Shown here: positions 1 to 17,865 of the stretch, piece by piece | How positions within the stretch are numbered: the first letter of the stretch is position 1 | Layout: the number at the start of each line of letters is the position of its first letter | Assembly (NCBI RefSeq): GCF_009914755.1 | Contig: NC_060925.1 | Origin: the human T2T-CHM13v2.0 reference genome, Homo sapiens | Reading direction: 5' to 3' (one strand) | DNA: 64,000 nt | Program-made: the position numbers and the translations under genes | Notes under the pieces: generated by a model | Databases searched by the model: none | Seen by the model: only the letters and a program-made list of their open reading frames with translations | Told to the model about the DNA's origin: nothing

Positions 1-169
1 TTCTTCAATCTTCTTCTCTATGGGGCACCAAAGGCCAAATTCAATTTCAGCTGAATGTACAGCTGAAATGAAGGCTGTGGACTTTGAAGTTTATTTTACA
101 GCTAGTGAGAAAAAAACTAATGAAGTAATGAAGCAAAGGAGTGACATAATATGCTTACACATTTTTTAT

Positions 170-476
170 CTTTAAGGAATCTCATACTATTTTCCACAGT
201 GTTATACTAATTTATACTACCACCAGTTGTGTCAAAGTGTTCCTTTTTCACCACATCCATGCAAATATCTATTTTTTTTTTTTTTTACTTTTTAATTATA
301 GCCATTCTTGCAGGAGTAAAGTGGTATCTCATTGTGGTTTTAATTTGCATTTCCCTGATGATTAGTGATGTTGAGCAATTTCTCATATGTTTGTTGGCTG
401 TTTGTATGACTTCTTTTGCAAATTGTCCATTCATGTCCTTTGCCCAATTTTTGATGAGATTATTTTTTTCTTGCTA
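170..476 (-). mobile_element. Old L1 ORF2 3'-region fragment
   Basis: Antisense L1 ORF2 C-terminal-type sequence (GCCATTCTTGCAGGAGTAAAGTGGTATCTCATTGTGGTTTTAATTTGCATTTCCCTGATG). Confidence 0.8.
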
Positions 477-513
477 ATTATGACAGGTTATTTCTTGATA
501 TAATATCTACTAA

Positions 514-805
<292 letters not shown>

Positions 806-1149
806 GCAAAGTTAAGTTTTAACGGGATCACAATACAATTAGTGAGAAAGGAGTCAGTAGAATTCTATAGGCATGAGAACTTAATTTTACTGGACAAATA
901 ATATATATCAGAGGTTAGGTATAGGTCTTTGGTAGGCTTATAGTCTTCTAAAAAATTACTGTTTACTGTTTCTTGGTTCTGTTCTATTTGTTGGGTGCAG
1001 TATTAGTTTGGATCCAGTCCCCCGCTGAGGAAATATTAGTCAATGGAAAAGACATGACTTCAGTTGTTAGAACTAGTGTTGCCTCCTTTAAAGCAATCAG
1101 AAAGCAGGGTGAAAACTCTGTATTATCTAAGGAGTGCACCAGATGGGAA

Positions 1150-1272
1150 TGAAAGAAAGAGAGAGAGAAAAGGGAGGAAAGGAGGAACAGAGAGAAGGAA
1201 GGAGAGAGAGGATAGAGAGACAGAGAGATGAATGTATGTGTGTGTGAAAGAAATAGATAGAAAGAGAGAGGA
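1150..1272. repeat. GA-rich low-complexity tract
   Basis: Purine-rich (GA)n/(GGAA)n-like sequence. Confidence 0.8.
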
Positions 1273-1444
1273 ACTTTAGTCTGGGGACAGAGTTTGAGAG
1301 TGAGACATTAATTTGAAGTGGAGCATGTACTGAGATATCTCTTCAAATTTCTTCTAGACAAATGTTTCAGGGAACTTGTGCCAGGTTTTTGGGTGTAAGG
1401 AACAAAGACCCTAAAAGACCTGGCCTGTACACTACAGGCAATTA

Positions 1445-2170
1445 TATGTCTAACCTCTCACCTGAGCTTCAGACTCATATATATAGTTGTCTCCTTGATA
1501 TCAATACTTGGACCTTTAATAGTCACCTCCAAACTTAATATGTCCAAAACCAAACTCTTGATTTCCACTGTCCTCAATTCCCACTAAACTTGCTCCCTCA
1601 TGCATTTCTACCTTAGTAAATGTCAAATTTCCTTCTTTAAGTTGCTTTAGGTAAAAGACTATGTGTTCTTCTCTTTCTTTCAGATTGGACAACCAATTCA
1701 TGAGCAAATCCTACAAACTCTATTTTCATAAGTTATCTCAAATTCCACCCCTTTTCACCACTTCCACTCTTACTTCCCTGTTGTAATATACAATTATATC
1801 TCCCTGGATGATTACAAAATCTTCTTGATTGTGTTCCATGCTTCCATTCTGATCTTCCTACAGAATCTTCTACATCTAGTGGCCAGAGATATTTTTTAAA
1901 ATATGCAAAAGATCATGTTTATCTTCTGCCAAATCTTCTTATTTCACTTAGAATAAAATTCAAATTCTTGCCGTCCTTCACAACACTCTACATAATCTGC
2001 ACTGTCTCCACACAAATACCTTTTGGATCTCATTCAAACCCTCCCTTACCTACTCTTTCACACTGGTTTCATTCATTTATTCATTCACTTAGGAATCATC
2101 CTTGACTCTTCTGTTACTTTCATATTCCACATATGAACCATCAGGAAAATACTTTCACCTCTACCATCAA
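1445..2170 (+). mobile_element. L2 fragments
   Basis: L2-like CTGAGCTTCAGACTCATATA...CAAACTTAATATGTCCAAAACCAAACTC; boundaries approximate. Confidence 0.65.
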
Positions 2171-2173
2171 ACA

Positions 2174-3031
2174 TAGTCATGAATTGCTTAATGGCAAGTT
2201 ATGTTCTGAGAAGTGTGTATCGTTAGGTGATTTTTGTCATTGTGCAAACATCATAGAATATACTTACACAAACCTAGGTGGTATAGCCTGCTGCACACGT
2301 AGGCTGTATGGTATACCCTATTGCTCCTAGGCTCCAAACCCATACAGCAAGTTACTGTACTGAATACTGCACACAGTTATAATATATTAGTTAGTATTTG
2401 TGTATTTAAACATATGTAAATGTAGAAAAGGTACAGTCAAAATATATACAGCATAAAAGATAAAAAAATGGTACACTCATATAAGGTACTTATGAATAGA
2501 GCTTACAGGACTGGAATTTGCTCTGAGTAAGTCAGTGGGTAAGCAGTAAATGAATGTGAAGGCCTAGACATTGCACACTACGGTAGATTTTATAAACTCT
2601 GTACACAGGCTACACTAAATTTATTGAAAATGTTTTTCTTTCTTCAATAATAAATTAACATTTTAGCTTACTGTAACTTTTTTACATTATAAACTTTTTA
2701 CTTTATAAACTTTTAAATTTTTTTAACTTTTTGACTTCTATAGTAGCGTAGCTTAAAACACAGACACATTGTACAGCTGTACAAAATATATTCTTTATTT
2801 CTTATTCTATAAGCTTTTCGTATTTTAAATGTTATTTTTTTTTACTTTTTAAACATTTTTGTTAATAATTGATACACAACACACACATTAGCCTAGGCCT
2901 ACACAGGGTCAGGATCATCAAGACGTCACTAGGTGATAGGAATTTTTCAGCTCCACTATAATCTTATGGGACCACCATTGTGTGTACACAGCCCATCATT
3001 GACCAAAATATCATGATGCAGCATGTAACTG
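2174..3031 (+). mobile_element. Tigger3/MER7-type DNA transposon (internally deleted)
   Basis: Degenerate TIRs TAGTCATGAATTGCTTAATG...GCAGCATGTAACTG followed by TA; characteristic body (ACACAAACCTAGGTGGTATAGCC). Confidence 0.8.
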
Positions 3032-3850
3032 TATGTCCAAAATTTAATGACTCTGAAAAGCAACATTTAAACATATACTACATTTCCCTATATACTTTTT
3101 TACTCAATTCCATTGATTTCCTATTTAATTCTTGTTATTTCACTCTGTTATAATAGTTTTGGTTTTAAAATATAGTTTAATATCAGATAAAACTAGTGCT
3201 CTTTCATTACTTTTTTCTGTTTTAGAATTTCCCTGGCTATTCTCTCTTATCTATGCATTAGGATTGGGGTGGGGTAAAGGTGACAGGTAAATCACTGAAC
3301 TATATGATAGCTGTGGCATTTGAAAGGTATGGGAACAAGAGTAATTATAAGGATTGTAGAGTTTTTTTATAAGGATGCAGGTTTTTGCATACTCTTAGTC
3401 TTAAAGTGGAAAAAGACAAGCTCAAGTCTTTTAACTATTAACTCCACATTTTTGTGACTCAGCAATAATGTTATTAAACGATTCTTATCTCCTGTAGGTT
3501 GTATGAAAATTAGACTCAGAATCTTTTTATAAGAGTTCCCCATGTTATGACAAAGACAGAATTGCCAAACCGTTCTAGGTCTCCAGTGTCACAGAAGGCC
3601 CTAGTAGAAAAAGGAAGGAATCCTTAGACCTGTAGGAAAGACTGAAACTAATATCACTAGAATACCCTAAACAGCAGACCAGATCCCTGCCTCTTATGAG
3701 AAGAGAGTAGCCTCCCTTTAGCTAAAAATCTTTACAAGAGACTGACATGAGGCACACGCTTCAAAGATAATGTTTGTTGTCTTTAAGATCTACCTTTTTC
3801 ACCCCAATTACCTTGAATGGGGAAATGTAGTACCTTCTTTAGGGGGAAAT

Positions 3851-4542
3851 ACAACTGCTCTTCATTATTTGTGGACTCTGTATTTGCAAATCCACCTACT
3901 CACTAGAATTTATTGGTAGCCCCAAAATCAATATTCACAGCACTTTTGTGGTCATTCAAGGTTATACATAGAGCTGCAAAAAACTCAAGTCACCATCATG
4001 CACATTCCCAGCTGAGGCTGAACAAGACTACATTCTGCTTACTTGTTTCAGCCCTCATACTGTAAACATGTGTTTTTTCTGGTCCATTTAATGCCATATT
4101 TTTCTCATTTTTCTGCCTTTTGTCAGCGATTTTGGTTTTTGAAAAATAAGTGTCCAAAATTTTGCTTTTTAAAATGGCCCCCAGACAAACTTATGAAATG
4201 TTATCTAATGCTCCTAAGCACAAGAAGGATGTGATGTGCCTTATGGAGAGAAGCATCATATGTGTTAGGTAAGCTTCATTCAGCCATATGAATGTACAGC
4301 CATATGAATAGTACTATTGGCTGTGAGTTCAATGTTAATGCATCCACAATGTATATTAAATAAGGTGTCTTTAAACAAAAATATACATAAAACATTGTTA
4401 TATGTTGATCAGTTGAGAAAGATGTTGTGACCAGAGGCTCACAGAAACCTAACACTGTTATTTACCCTAGGAGCAATGGTCCAGTATTTATTAATTTAAT
4501 GACTTTATAGAACATAACTACTGCAAATAATGAGTCAAATGC
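3851..4542 (+). mobile_element. MER82-like TcMar-Tigger element
   Basis: Matches recalled MER82 body (TTCCCAGCTGAGG...AAAATGGCCCCC...GACTTTATAGAACATAACTAC). Confidence 0.7.
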
Positions 4543-6127
4543 ACCTTCTACTTAAAAGGAATTTTAGGAGCTGACTATGAAGTGCTTGTAGGAACTAGGG
4601 AACACTTGTGGGAGTAGACTGGTGGTGTTAGTGGGAAGGGGACCAATAGGGGAAATTTTATTGATGTCGGAACATCTTCCCATGCCTTATGATTTAATAT
4701 TCCAGCAAGGACTGTCAAAGCCAGTCCTACTATGGTTTTAAGATAACATCTTGAAGCTTAGACATGATGATGCCTACATAAATGAGATGGGAATATTAGA
4801 AATGCTTTGGAATAGTATTAAAGAGTCAGAAGCCTCTGCATGTTGAAATTTTGCTAGATTTTTAATGTGAGACTGGAGAATCCATCACCTGATTCTATTT
4901 CCTGGGAGGGCCAGAGGACATTTTCTTTATTAAGGCAATGAGGAATCCATGAGTGAGGGAACTCAATAGTTTACAGTTGACGGTAGGAGATGCTGCCATG
5001 GAACTAATTTTACTACTTGTTGGTAGAAGAGTTTCTGAATGCCAGAGGCCAGGTGGTGGCACTTATACATCAGAGACAACGTGGATGTAAACAATGGATA
5101 GAAAGGCCAGAATAACAGTAGGGGTGCTCTAACTCATGGGGACCATTTCCAATGGCTAGTAGATTACTGTGTCCCAAGAAGTCAGGCAGATCGATAGCCA
5201 ACTAAAGTTGTTACTTGACTTGGACTATATCCAACATAGCTGCTGCAATGCAAAATAGTAGTCCTTCAGCTATTTTATATTTATGTCAGTTCACACACTG
5301 AGTCCATTGATTGAAGAGAAGCGAAGCCCCCTTAAGGAAATATCCTGCAACAAAACCACAAGTATATATGATAAATATTCCTTTGATTGTTCCTCATAGA
5401 GTCTGGCCATTTATCAAGGCAACTGTGCGATAGGAAAAGAGGTAATACCCAGATTTTTTTAGAACTCTTAGACATGGGATGTGAGTTGATTTCTAGTTAA
5501 GGGAACCAAAAATTACATTATAGTCCTCTTTAGAATGGTGGGCTTATAAAAACTAGGTAATAAATGGAGTTCTGGTCCAAGTCTGGCCTACATTGTGTTC
5601 AATGGGTCAATGACTTTCCCTGTGGTTAGTTCTCTATTCCTCACATATATACTAGGGATAGATATACTCAATAGGAGGCAGAAGCCTCACATGGGTTCTC
5701 TGATTTGTGGAGTAAAAGCTGTTGTAATGGGAAAGACTAGGCAGAAGCCCTTAAAAATGTCTTCCCTTGCATATAGCATGCAAGATATTAAATCAGAGCA
5801 TCTATATCCCAGGAGGAATTGCAGAGAATAATACCACCATCAGAGATTTAAAGGATACAGGGCACAGAGGTGGTACTTTTCATCATACCCCCGGTTCAGT
5901 ATGCCTATTTCACCTCTGTAAAAATGAGATGGATTTTAACATATGCTGTGGACTACTATAAATTTAACTAGATGGTAGCCCTAATCCCAGATGCTGTACT
6001 GTAATCAACACAGCCTCTGTAGCTACTGAACTGGTGAATGGGAACTTTTCTATCCATAAAAGTGATGAGGAACAAAAACAGCATTTACATGGTAAGGACA
6101 GCATTATGCACTCACTATCTTGGCCCA

Positions 6128-6471
6128 TGTCTTTGTCTGTGTCTGATGCTATAATAAAATACCACAGACTGGGTAATTTTTAAATAATATAAATTTATTT
6201 TTCATAATTCTGGAGCGTGGGAAGTCCAAGGTCAAGGTACTGACAGGCTCTGTGGCTGGTAAAAACCACTCTCTGCTTTTAAATGGCACCTTGTTGCTGT
6301 GTCCTCACATGATGAAAGGGGGAAGGGCAAAAAAGGGCCTAGCTAGTTCCCTCCAGCCCTGTTATAAGGCACTAGATCTCCTCCTGAAGGCCCTATCTCT
6401 TAATACTGTTATACTGGGGATTAAATATCCACATGAATTTTTAAGGAAATACAAATATTCAAACCATAGCA
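6128..6471 (-). mobile_element. MaLR solo LTR (MST/MLT1A type)
   Basis: Ends CAAACCATAGCA (reverse complement TGCTATGGTTTG); ATACCACAGACTGGGTAATTT motif. Confidence 0.8.
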
Positions 6472-6678
6472 ACCCCAAACTATGTTAATTTTTCTATTCT
6501 GTCAAAATGCAGTTCTTTGGGACCGCAACATTTTGGCATTTTTGGGGATCTAGTGATAGTCTCATCCTTTTTTGGATCATGACTAGGCTGGTAAAGTCTT
6601 TGCCTAAATTATTGTGTATCTCATTTTGAAGCTACAAGGGTTGGATTTGTTTATATAGTCAATTTTTTTCTAATTTGT

Positions 6679-6689
6679 TGATTTGTTTT

Positions 6690-6692
<3 letters not shown>
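6679..6692. repeat. Left TSD of the composite L1 insertion (TGATTTGTTTTTCT)
   Basis: Exact copy at 13385-13398; abuts the terminal poly-T (6692-6721). Confidence 0.93.
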
Positions 6693-6721
<29 letters not shown>

Positions 6722-6723
<2 letters not shown>

Positions 6724-6794
6724 GCTTTATGGGGCACATTCAGCTCCTCTCACATATTCTTCTTTGTTTTATTTATAATTTTTTTTTTTACAAT

Positions 6795-6796
<2 letters not shown>
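6722..6796 (-). other. L1 3' transduction (source-element 3' TSD plus MER58-like flank)
   Basis: Unique sequence between two poly(A) tails (6692-6721 and 6797-6827); contains AATAAA (6768-6773, minus). Confidence 0.85.
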
Positions 6797-6829
<33 letters not shown>

Positions 6830-7032
6830 TATACTCTAAGTTTTAGGGTACATGTGCACATTGTGCAGGTTAGTTACATATGTATACATGTGCCATGCTG
6901 GTGCACTGCACCCACTAATGTGTCATCTAGCATTAGGTATATCTCCCAATGCTATCCCTCCCCCCTCCCCCGACCCCACCACAGTCCCCAGAGTGTGATA
7001 TTCCCCTTCCTGTGTCCATGTGATCTCATTGT

Positions 7033-10884
<3,852 letters not shown>

Positions 10885-10923
10885 TCATTAGTTGATGCAG
10901 TTTCTTCCTAGTCTCGATGGTCT

Positions 10924-11940
10924 TTACATTTTGGCATGATTTTGCAGCGGCTGGTACCGGTTGTTCCTTTCCATGTTTAGCGCTTCCTTCAGGAGCTCTT
11001 TTAGGGCAGGCCTGGTGGTGACAAAATCTCTCAACATTTGCTTGTCTATAAAGTATTTTATTTCTCCTTCACTTATGAAGCTTAGTTTGGCTGGATATGA
11101 AATTCTGGGTTGAAAATTCTTTTCTTTAAGAATGTTGAATATTGGCCCCCACTCTCTTCTGGCTTGTAGGGTTTCTGCCGAGAGATCCGCTGTTAGTCTG
11201 ATGGGCTTTCCTTTGAGGGTAACCCGACCTTTCTCTCTGGCTGCCCTTAACATTTTTTCCTTCATTTCAACTTTGGTGAATCTGACAATTATGTGTCTTG
11301 GAGTTGCTCTTCTCGAGGAGTATCTTTGTGGCGTTCTCTGTATTTCCTGAATCTGAACGTTGGCCTGCCTTGCTAGATTGGGGAAGTTCTCCTGGATAAT
11401 ATCCTGCAGAGTGTTTTCCAACTTGGTTCCATTCTCCACATCACTTTCAGGTACACCAATCAGACGTAGATTTGGTCTTTTCACATAGTCCCATATTTCT
11501 TGGAGGCTTTGCTCATTTCTTTTTATTCTTTTTTCTCTAAACTTCCCTTCTCGCTTCATTTCATTCATTTCATCTTCCATTGCTGATACCCTTTCTTCCA
11601 GTTGATCGCATCGGCTCCTGAGGCTTCTGCATTCTTCACGTAGTTCTCGAGCCTTGGTTTTCAGCTCCATCAGCTCCTTTAAGCACTTCTCTGTATTGGT
11701 TATTCTAGTTATACATTCTTCTAAATTTTTTTCAAAGTTTTCAACTTCTTTGCCTTTGGTTTGAATGTCCTCCCGTAGCTCAGAGTAATTTGATCGTCTG
11801 AAGCCTTCTTCTCTCAGCTCGTCAAAATCATTCTCCATCCAGCTTTGTTCTGTTGCTGGTGAGGAACTGCGTTCCTTTGGAGGAGGAGAGGCGCTCTGCG
11901 TTTTAGAGTTTCCAGTTTTTCTGTTCTGTTTTTTCCCCAT
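10924..11940 (-). CDS. ORF1: LINE-1 ORF1p RNA-binding chaperone, 338 aa, intact
   Basis: MGKKQNRKTGNSK...; REKG, ARR and YPAKLS motifs intact. Confidence 0.98.
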   Translation of the reverse strand: MGKKQNRKTGNSKTQSASPPPKERSSSPATEQSWMENDFDELREEGFRRSNYSELREDIQTKGKEVENFEKNLEECITRITNTEKCLKELMELKTKARELREECRSLRSRCDQLEERVSAMEDEMNEMKREGKFREKRIKRNEQSLQEIWDYVKRPNLRLIGVPESDVENGTKLENTLQDIIQENFPNLARQANVQIQEIQRTPQRYSSRRATPRHIIVRFTKVEMKEKMLRAAREKGRVTLKGKPIRLTADLSAETLQARREWGPIFNILKEKNFQPRISYPAKLSFISEGEIKYFIDKQMLRDFVTTRPALKELLKEALNMERNNRYQPLQNHAKM

Positions 11941-12844
11941 CTTTGTGGTTTTATCTACTTTTGGTCTTTGATGATGGTGATGTACAGATGGGTTTTCGGT
12001 GTAGATGTCCTTTCTGGTTGTTAGTTTTCCTTCTAACAGACAGGACCCTCAGCTGCAGGTCTGTTGGAATACCCTGCCGTGTGAGGTGTCAGTGTGCCTC
12101 TGCTGGGGGGTGCCTCCCAGTTAGGCTGCTCGGGGGTCAGGAGTCAGGGACCCACTTGAGGAGGCAGTCTGCCCGTTCTCAGATCTCCAGCTGCGTGCTG
12201 GGAGAACCACTGGTGTCTTCAAAGCTGTCAGACAGGGACACTTAAGTCTGCAGAGGTTACTGCTGTCTTTTTGTTTGTCTGTGCCCTGCCCCCAGAGGTG
12301 GAGCCTACAGAGGCAGGCAGGCCTCCTTGAGCTGTGGTGGGCTCCACCCAGTTCGAGCTTCCCGGCTGCTTTGTTTACCTAAGCAAGCCTGGGCAATGGC
12401 GGGCGCCCCTCCCCCAGCCTCGTTGCCGCCTTGCAGTTTGATCTCAGACTGCTGTGCTAGCAATCAGCGAGATTCCGTGGGCGTAGGACCCTCCGAGCCA
12501 GGTGTGGGATATAGTCTCGTGGTGCGCCGTTTCTTAAGCCGGTCTGAAAAGCGCAATATTCGGGTGGGAGTGACCCGATTTTCCAGGTGCGTCCGTCACC
12601 CCTTTCTTTGACTCGGAAAGGGAACTCCCTGACCCCTTGCGCTTCCCAGGTGAGGCAATGCCTCGCCCTGCTTCGGCTCGCGCACGGTGCGCACACACAC
12701 TGGCCTGCGCCCACTGTCTGGCACTCCCTAGTGAGATGAACCCGGTACCTCAGATGGAAATGCAGAAATCACCGTCTTCTGCGTCGCTCACGCTGGGAGC
12801 TGTAGACCGGAGCTGTTCCTATTCGGCCATCTTGGCTCCTCCCC
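11941..12844 (-). promoter_or_regulatory. L1 5'UTR: internal sense promoter (YY1 site intact) and antisense promoter
   Basis: 904-nt CpG-rich UTR; CAAGATGGCC YY1 motif near the 5' end. Confidence 0.93.
12396..12611 (+). CDS. ORF0: LINE-1 ORF0 (71 aa), intact
   Basis: ATG at 12396, MAGAPPPASLPPCSLISDCCASNQRD...RCVRHPFL*; donors after 12501 and 12586. Confidence 0.9.
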   Translation: MAGAPPPASLPPCSLISDCCASNQRDSVGVGPSEPGVGYSLVVRRFLSRSEKRNIRVGVTRFSRCVRHPFL

Positions 12845-13384
12845 TACAATTCTTCCACTGTGAGAGTTACCCAAAGCTCGGCGTCTGTGATGGTCTACCG
12901 GGCCTCCGAGGCGATCGAGCAGCATCAGTCTTCAGCCGCTAAGCCGAGAAGGAGTCTGTCAGAGAGCCTTGGGCCAGAGTTCCACAGGCTCTGGGAGTGG
13001 CTGCCAGGTGAGTTGAACAGTCCAATTTCCAGTGGGGTCCCGCACAGATGGGACACAGCTTAGGAGGAATCCTGGGCTGCAGGCATTCCTTGGCCTGGTG
13101 GTCAGATTTCTGGCACTTGTAGAGAGCTCCTGGGGGAGGAGTTTCTGGAGGAACGCCTGGCCGCTGCAGTTCAGGCGTTTGGAAGTTCTTGTGTGCTGGA
13201 GATGTGGCGGATTTGAAATTGGTGAGATGTTTCTTGGGCTGGTCGGTCTGAAGACCTGAGGTCGTAGGTTGATCTTTCTCACGGAGCAAAGAGCAGGAGG
13301 ACGGGGGATTGATCTCCCAAGGGAGGTCCCCCGATCTGAGTCACGGCACCAAATTTCACGCGCGTCCATGTGAAGAGACCACCC
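12845..13384 (-). mobile_element. Spliced HERV-H/LTR7 mRNA carried as a 5' transduction
   Basis: LTR 3' end 13354-13383 and His PBS; exon 1 13208-13383 ends AAATCCG; exon 2 12852-13207 (gag zinc-knuckle region) ends GTGGAAG; 7 nt of source flank 12845-12851; extra G at 13384. Confidence 0.92.
13334..13351 (-). other. tRNA-His primer binding site (HERV-H)
   Basis: TGGTGCCGTGACTCAGAT versus canonical TGGTGCCGTGACTCGGAT. Confidence 0.9.
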
Positions 13385-13398
13385 TGATTTGTTTTTCT
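13385..13398. repeat. Right TSD of the composite L1 insertion
   Basis: Identical to 6679-6692; followed by AT, giving a TTCT/AT endonuclease-like site. Confidence 0.93.
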
Positions 13399-15139
13399 AT
13401 GTTATATTTATTAACTCATTATTTTTGCTTTCCACCTTTTTATAATACATTGATAGAAATAGGATGTCAAATTGTTCTCCAAGTGAATCATACAAATTAA
13501 TCCTCTCTTCCATACAATATAAAAATACCTTTTAACACATATATTAACAAGTCTTAGATAAAGTGTTATCATTCTTTATGGTAGTTATGAATCAGATATG
13601 TAGAGAATCTTATCCTATTATTATTTTATTTTGCATGTATAAATCTGAATTTCTTTTCAAGTATTTTTTGGCTGTTTTGGGGTTGACTGCTAATTTTCTT
13701 TACCACTTTTCATCTTACTTGTAAATAAGATTTGTAGGTGTTATTTATATTTAAATAATATTAGATCTTTGACTAATCTTTTGTAATTTTTTGGCTGGCT
13801 TTTCTTTTTCCTTCCTTTTTTTTTTTTTTTCTTTTTGCCACATAGGCATATATATGCTTTTTTATTTTATGGTTTCCAGTTTTGTGTTACACTTTTAGAA
13901 AATTTTTCTCTACTCTATCATTATAAAAAATTTACTTATGTTTTCTTACAACACTTCCAGGATTTTACTTATTGCATGTATATCTGTAATACTTTTGGAA
14001 TTAATTTTGGTACAAGAAATGAAACAATCATCTAACTTTTTTCTTACTGGTTAGCTAGTATAATATGTATTTCACAGGCCTTATGAATATTAGTAACAAG
14101 ACTAGTTAAATCTAATAGTCTAATCAACAGGGAGACTATAGCTGCTTTTTTATTCTTTTGGCTGTATAGTGAAGCAGACTTGTTTTGGAAACAAGAAGGC
14201 TCTTAGAGATGAACTTTTAATCTCAGAAAAACTGATAATTTACTTAAAAATTAAAGAAAAGAATACCACATTTTTTGTATTAGCTGATCTATTTTCAGTT
14301 TTTCCAGTTGAATTTTTTTCTTTCAATTTTATCACATACTTATTTTCTTATTTACAGGAAGAAAAAACAATTGCTTTATACAGGTTGCCAAATTGTTATC
14401 CAAATGTATTATACAAATAGAGGGGAAAGGAGGAATAGTACAGTTCACATTTAGAGTACCTACTTTGTGTTATAAAATATGTAAGACTCTATGTTGTCCA
14501 CAAAGAATAGACACTATTGTTAAGGAGACAGGATTGATAAGACCGGATGATGGAAAGAGCAACATGGGGGAAAATATCTAAGGATATCTAAGGAAGGGTG
14601 ATTTTCTAAGGAAGCATGTGTCATTCTATGCTATCATCAATGTAGAATTTGAAATATGGAAGACAAATGTTTACTGTGTATTATTTAGGATTGTGTTCAG
14701 TAGCTGAAAATAACATGAAACCTAACCAACAGAAGCTTAAAAGGGGATTATGTATTTCAGAGATTCAACAATGTCATCAAAAACTAGGCTTCTCTATCTT
14801 TCTGATCTCCTATGTGGAGAAAGTGGTTTTGTCCTTGTATCCAGGCAAAAAAAAAAAAAAAAAAAAAAAAAGTGGAAAGATAGGTAGGAAGGAGAAGTAC
14901 CTACACCAGAAAATTGAAAATTTTTAAATAAATCCTTAGCTTACATCTTCTTGCTCAAATTGATCACATATTCACCCTGAGCTGTAAGGGAGCCATGGAA
15001 GCAACACTTTTTAAAAACAATATAAACCCAAACAAAACTGTGCTTTTGTTGGTAAGAAGGAAGAGAAAAAATGGACTTTGGGAACGCAACTGGCAGTGTC
15101 TTTAGTCTTGAGCTTTTAAAATTCATTGTTTACCCTGGT

Positions 15140-15671
15140 ACTGAGTTATTTTTAGAACACAAATCACTCATTCCTCTGTAGAATCCTTCAATAGCTCCCT
15201 TTCACCGTCAGGATAAAATAAAAACACATTAGGATAGGTACAAGCCCCCTTTAATCCAGTTATTTTCTACTTCAGCATCTACATCTTTTCCCATTTCCCC
15301 ATAACGATCCTCCCATATTGGAGTATTTACATTTCCCTGATTGACGTGACCACACTCACATTTCACTGCCTCTGTATAGGCTCAAATGCATGTTCTGCTT
15401 CACATGTTTGTCCCCATCTCTCAAGCCCTCTGGCCAACTTCCACTTCCACTTCAATGCTCAAGTGTAGCAATCCTTTTTCTGAGCAGTTTTTCCCAAAGT
15501 CAGAGTTAAATACCCTCCTTCTCAGTGATTTCACAAAAACCATTGTATACTTATAACACTGTGCATTAGAAACACACACTGCATTAGATAGAGTTTGCTT
15601 ATCTGCCTCTTCTCTTAGACTGAACTGGCAGATCACACAAGCTCAGGAAATGTAGCTAAATGAATGAATGA
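15140..15671 (+). mobile_element. L2 3' end
   Basis: Ends in an (AATG)n tail at ~15659-15671; L2-like body. Confidence 0.55.
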
Positions 15672-15714
15672 GGTCAACTCTATCACATGATGCTTCTAGT
15701 AACATTATCTTAAA

Positions 15715-16068
15715 AATATAGAAAGCAAATATTGGGAAAATTACAAAGAAAAATCAACAAATCCATCATCCTGTAGTGGGAGATTTTATTACCCTCCATC
15801 AGTATTTGCTAGATTAAGTATCCAAAAATCAGTAAGCTTATACAACACTTGAACATGATTAACAAATTTAACTTAATAGACATATATGAAACACAACGAA
15901 ATAACTGCAGAACACACATTCTTTTCATTCATGCTGACTTGTGACAGGTATAAGATTTGACCATTTAACTTGGTCATAGAGCATGTCTAAACAAATTGGA
16001 AGAATGAGATAACACAGGAAATGTACTCTGACAACAGCGCAACAATGGTAGAAATTAATAACAAAATC
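15715..16068 (+). mobile_element. Old L1 ORF2 endonuclease-region fragment
   Basis: GTGGGAGATTTT (GDF motif region) and GCAGAACACACATTCTTTTCA. Confidence 0.65.
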
Positions 16069-16601
16069 TAACTAAAAAATCTCTTACAGCTGTAGGTTTT
16101 CATTAGGAATATGATACATTTTGAGTTAACTTTTGTATTTTGCATGAGGTATGGATCAAAGTTCTTTTTAAAAGATGGATATCCACTGTTACAGCAGTTT
16201 GTTTCAAAGATATTCCTTTCTTCACTCAAAATGTACCTTTGAACCTTTTGCACCTTTGTCAAGAATCAACTGAAAGTATACGTATGGGTCTATTTCTGAC
16301 TACATGTCTGTCTTTACACCAAAATCATACTATCTTAATTAGTGAAGCTTTATCATAAGTCTTTAAATCAGGCAGTGTATATGTTACAACTTGCTTTTTC
16401 TTTTTCAGAGTTGTGTTAGCTATTCTTTCTAAATCCTTTGCACTTCCATGTGAATGTTAGAATCAGCTTGTCAATGAAAAAAAAAAGGTGATGTAATTTT
16501 GCTTGGGAATCCATTGAATCTGTAGATAAATTTTAGGAGGAAGTGACATCATAACAAAATTGAGTCTTCTGATGCATGAACATGGCTTATCACTTCATTA
16601 A

Positions 16602-16942
<341 letters not shown>

Positions 16943-17483
16943 TAGTTTTACGTTTACAGGTCTTGAACCTCTTTTGTCACATTTATTCCTAAGTATTTAA
17001 TATACTTGATGCTACTGTAAGTTGAACTTTAAAAATTTTAATGCACAGACTAGAACTTTCAGTAAAATGTTAAATAGAAGTGGTGAAAGCAATCACTCTT
17101 ATCATGTTTCTGATCTCAGGAAGAAAGAATTTGATGTTTCAACACTTGTTAGCCTAAGGGTTTAGGTAGATGTCATACATTTGGATGAAGAAGTTCCCTT
17201 CTATTCCTAGATGAAAGTTGTTTTAAAATCAGAAATGAAATTGGATTTTGTGAAATGATTTTCTGCATCTATTGGGATGATTATGATTTCAACATTTTAC
17301 TCTGTTAATATGGTAAATTATAATACACTGATTGCTTTTCAAATGTTAAGATAATCTTGCATTTCTGATATAAGCCCCACTTGGCAATGATGTATTATCC
17401 CTTTTATATGTTATTGGATTTAATGTGTTACCATTTCATTTAGAATTTTTGCATGTATGCTAGTAATTGATACTGGTTTGTAG

Positions 17484-17865
<382 letters not shown>

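Larger units (their letters stand above)
3300..6600 (+). mobile_element. Decayed ERV-L internal region (gag/pro/pol remnant), interrupted by MER82 and a MaLR LTR
   Basis: ORF 5767-5961 gives IYIPGGIAENNTTIRDLKDTG, resembling ERV-L Pol N-terminus (YRIPGGIAEISATIKDLKDAG), followed by VDYYKFN-like residues. Many frameshifts; ends approximate. Confidence 0.65.

Noticed and set aside
5595-5961. ERV-L pol-like ORFs
   Set aside because: Short, frameshifted remnants.
12939-13289. 116-aa ORF with zinc knuckles (CPICAGPHWKLDC)
   Set aside because: HERV-H gag nucleocapsid remnant with a non-ATG start, a broken first knuckle and no U3 promoter; not a credible gene.
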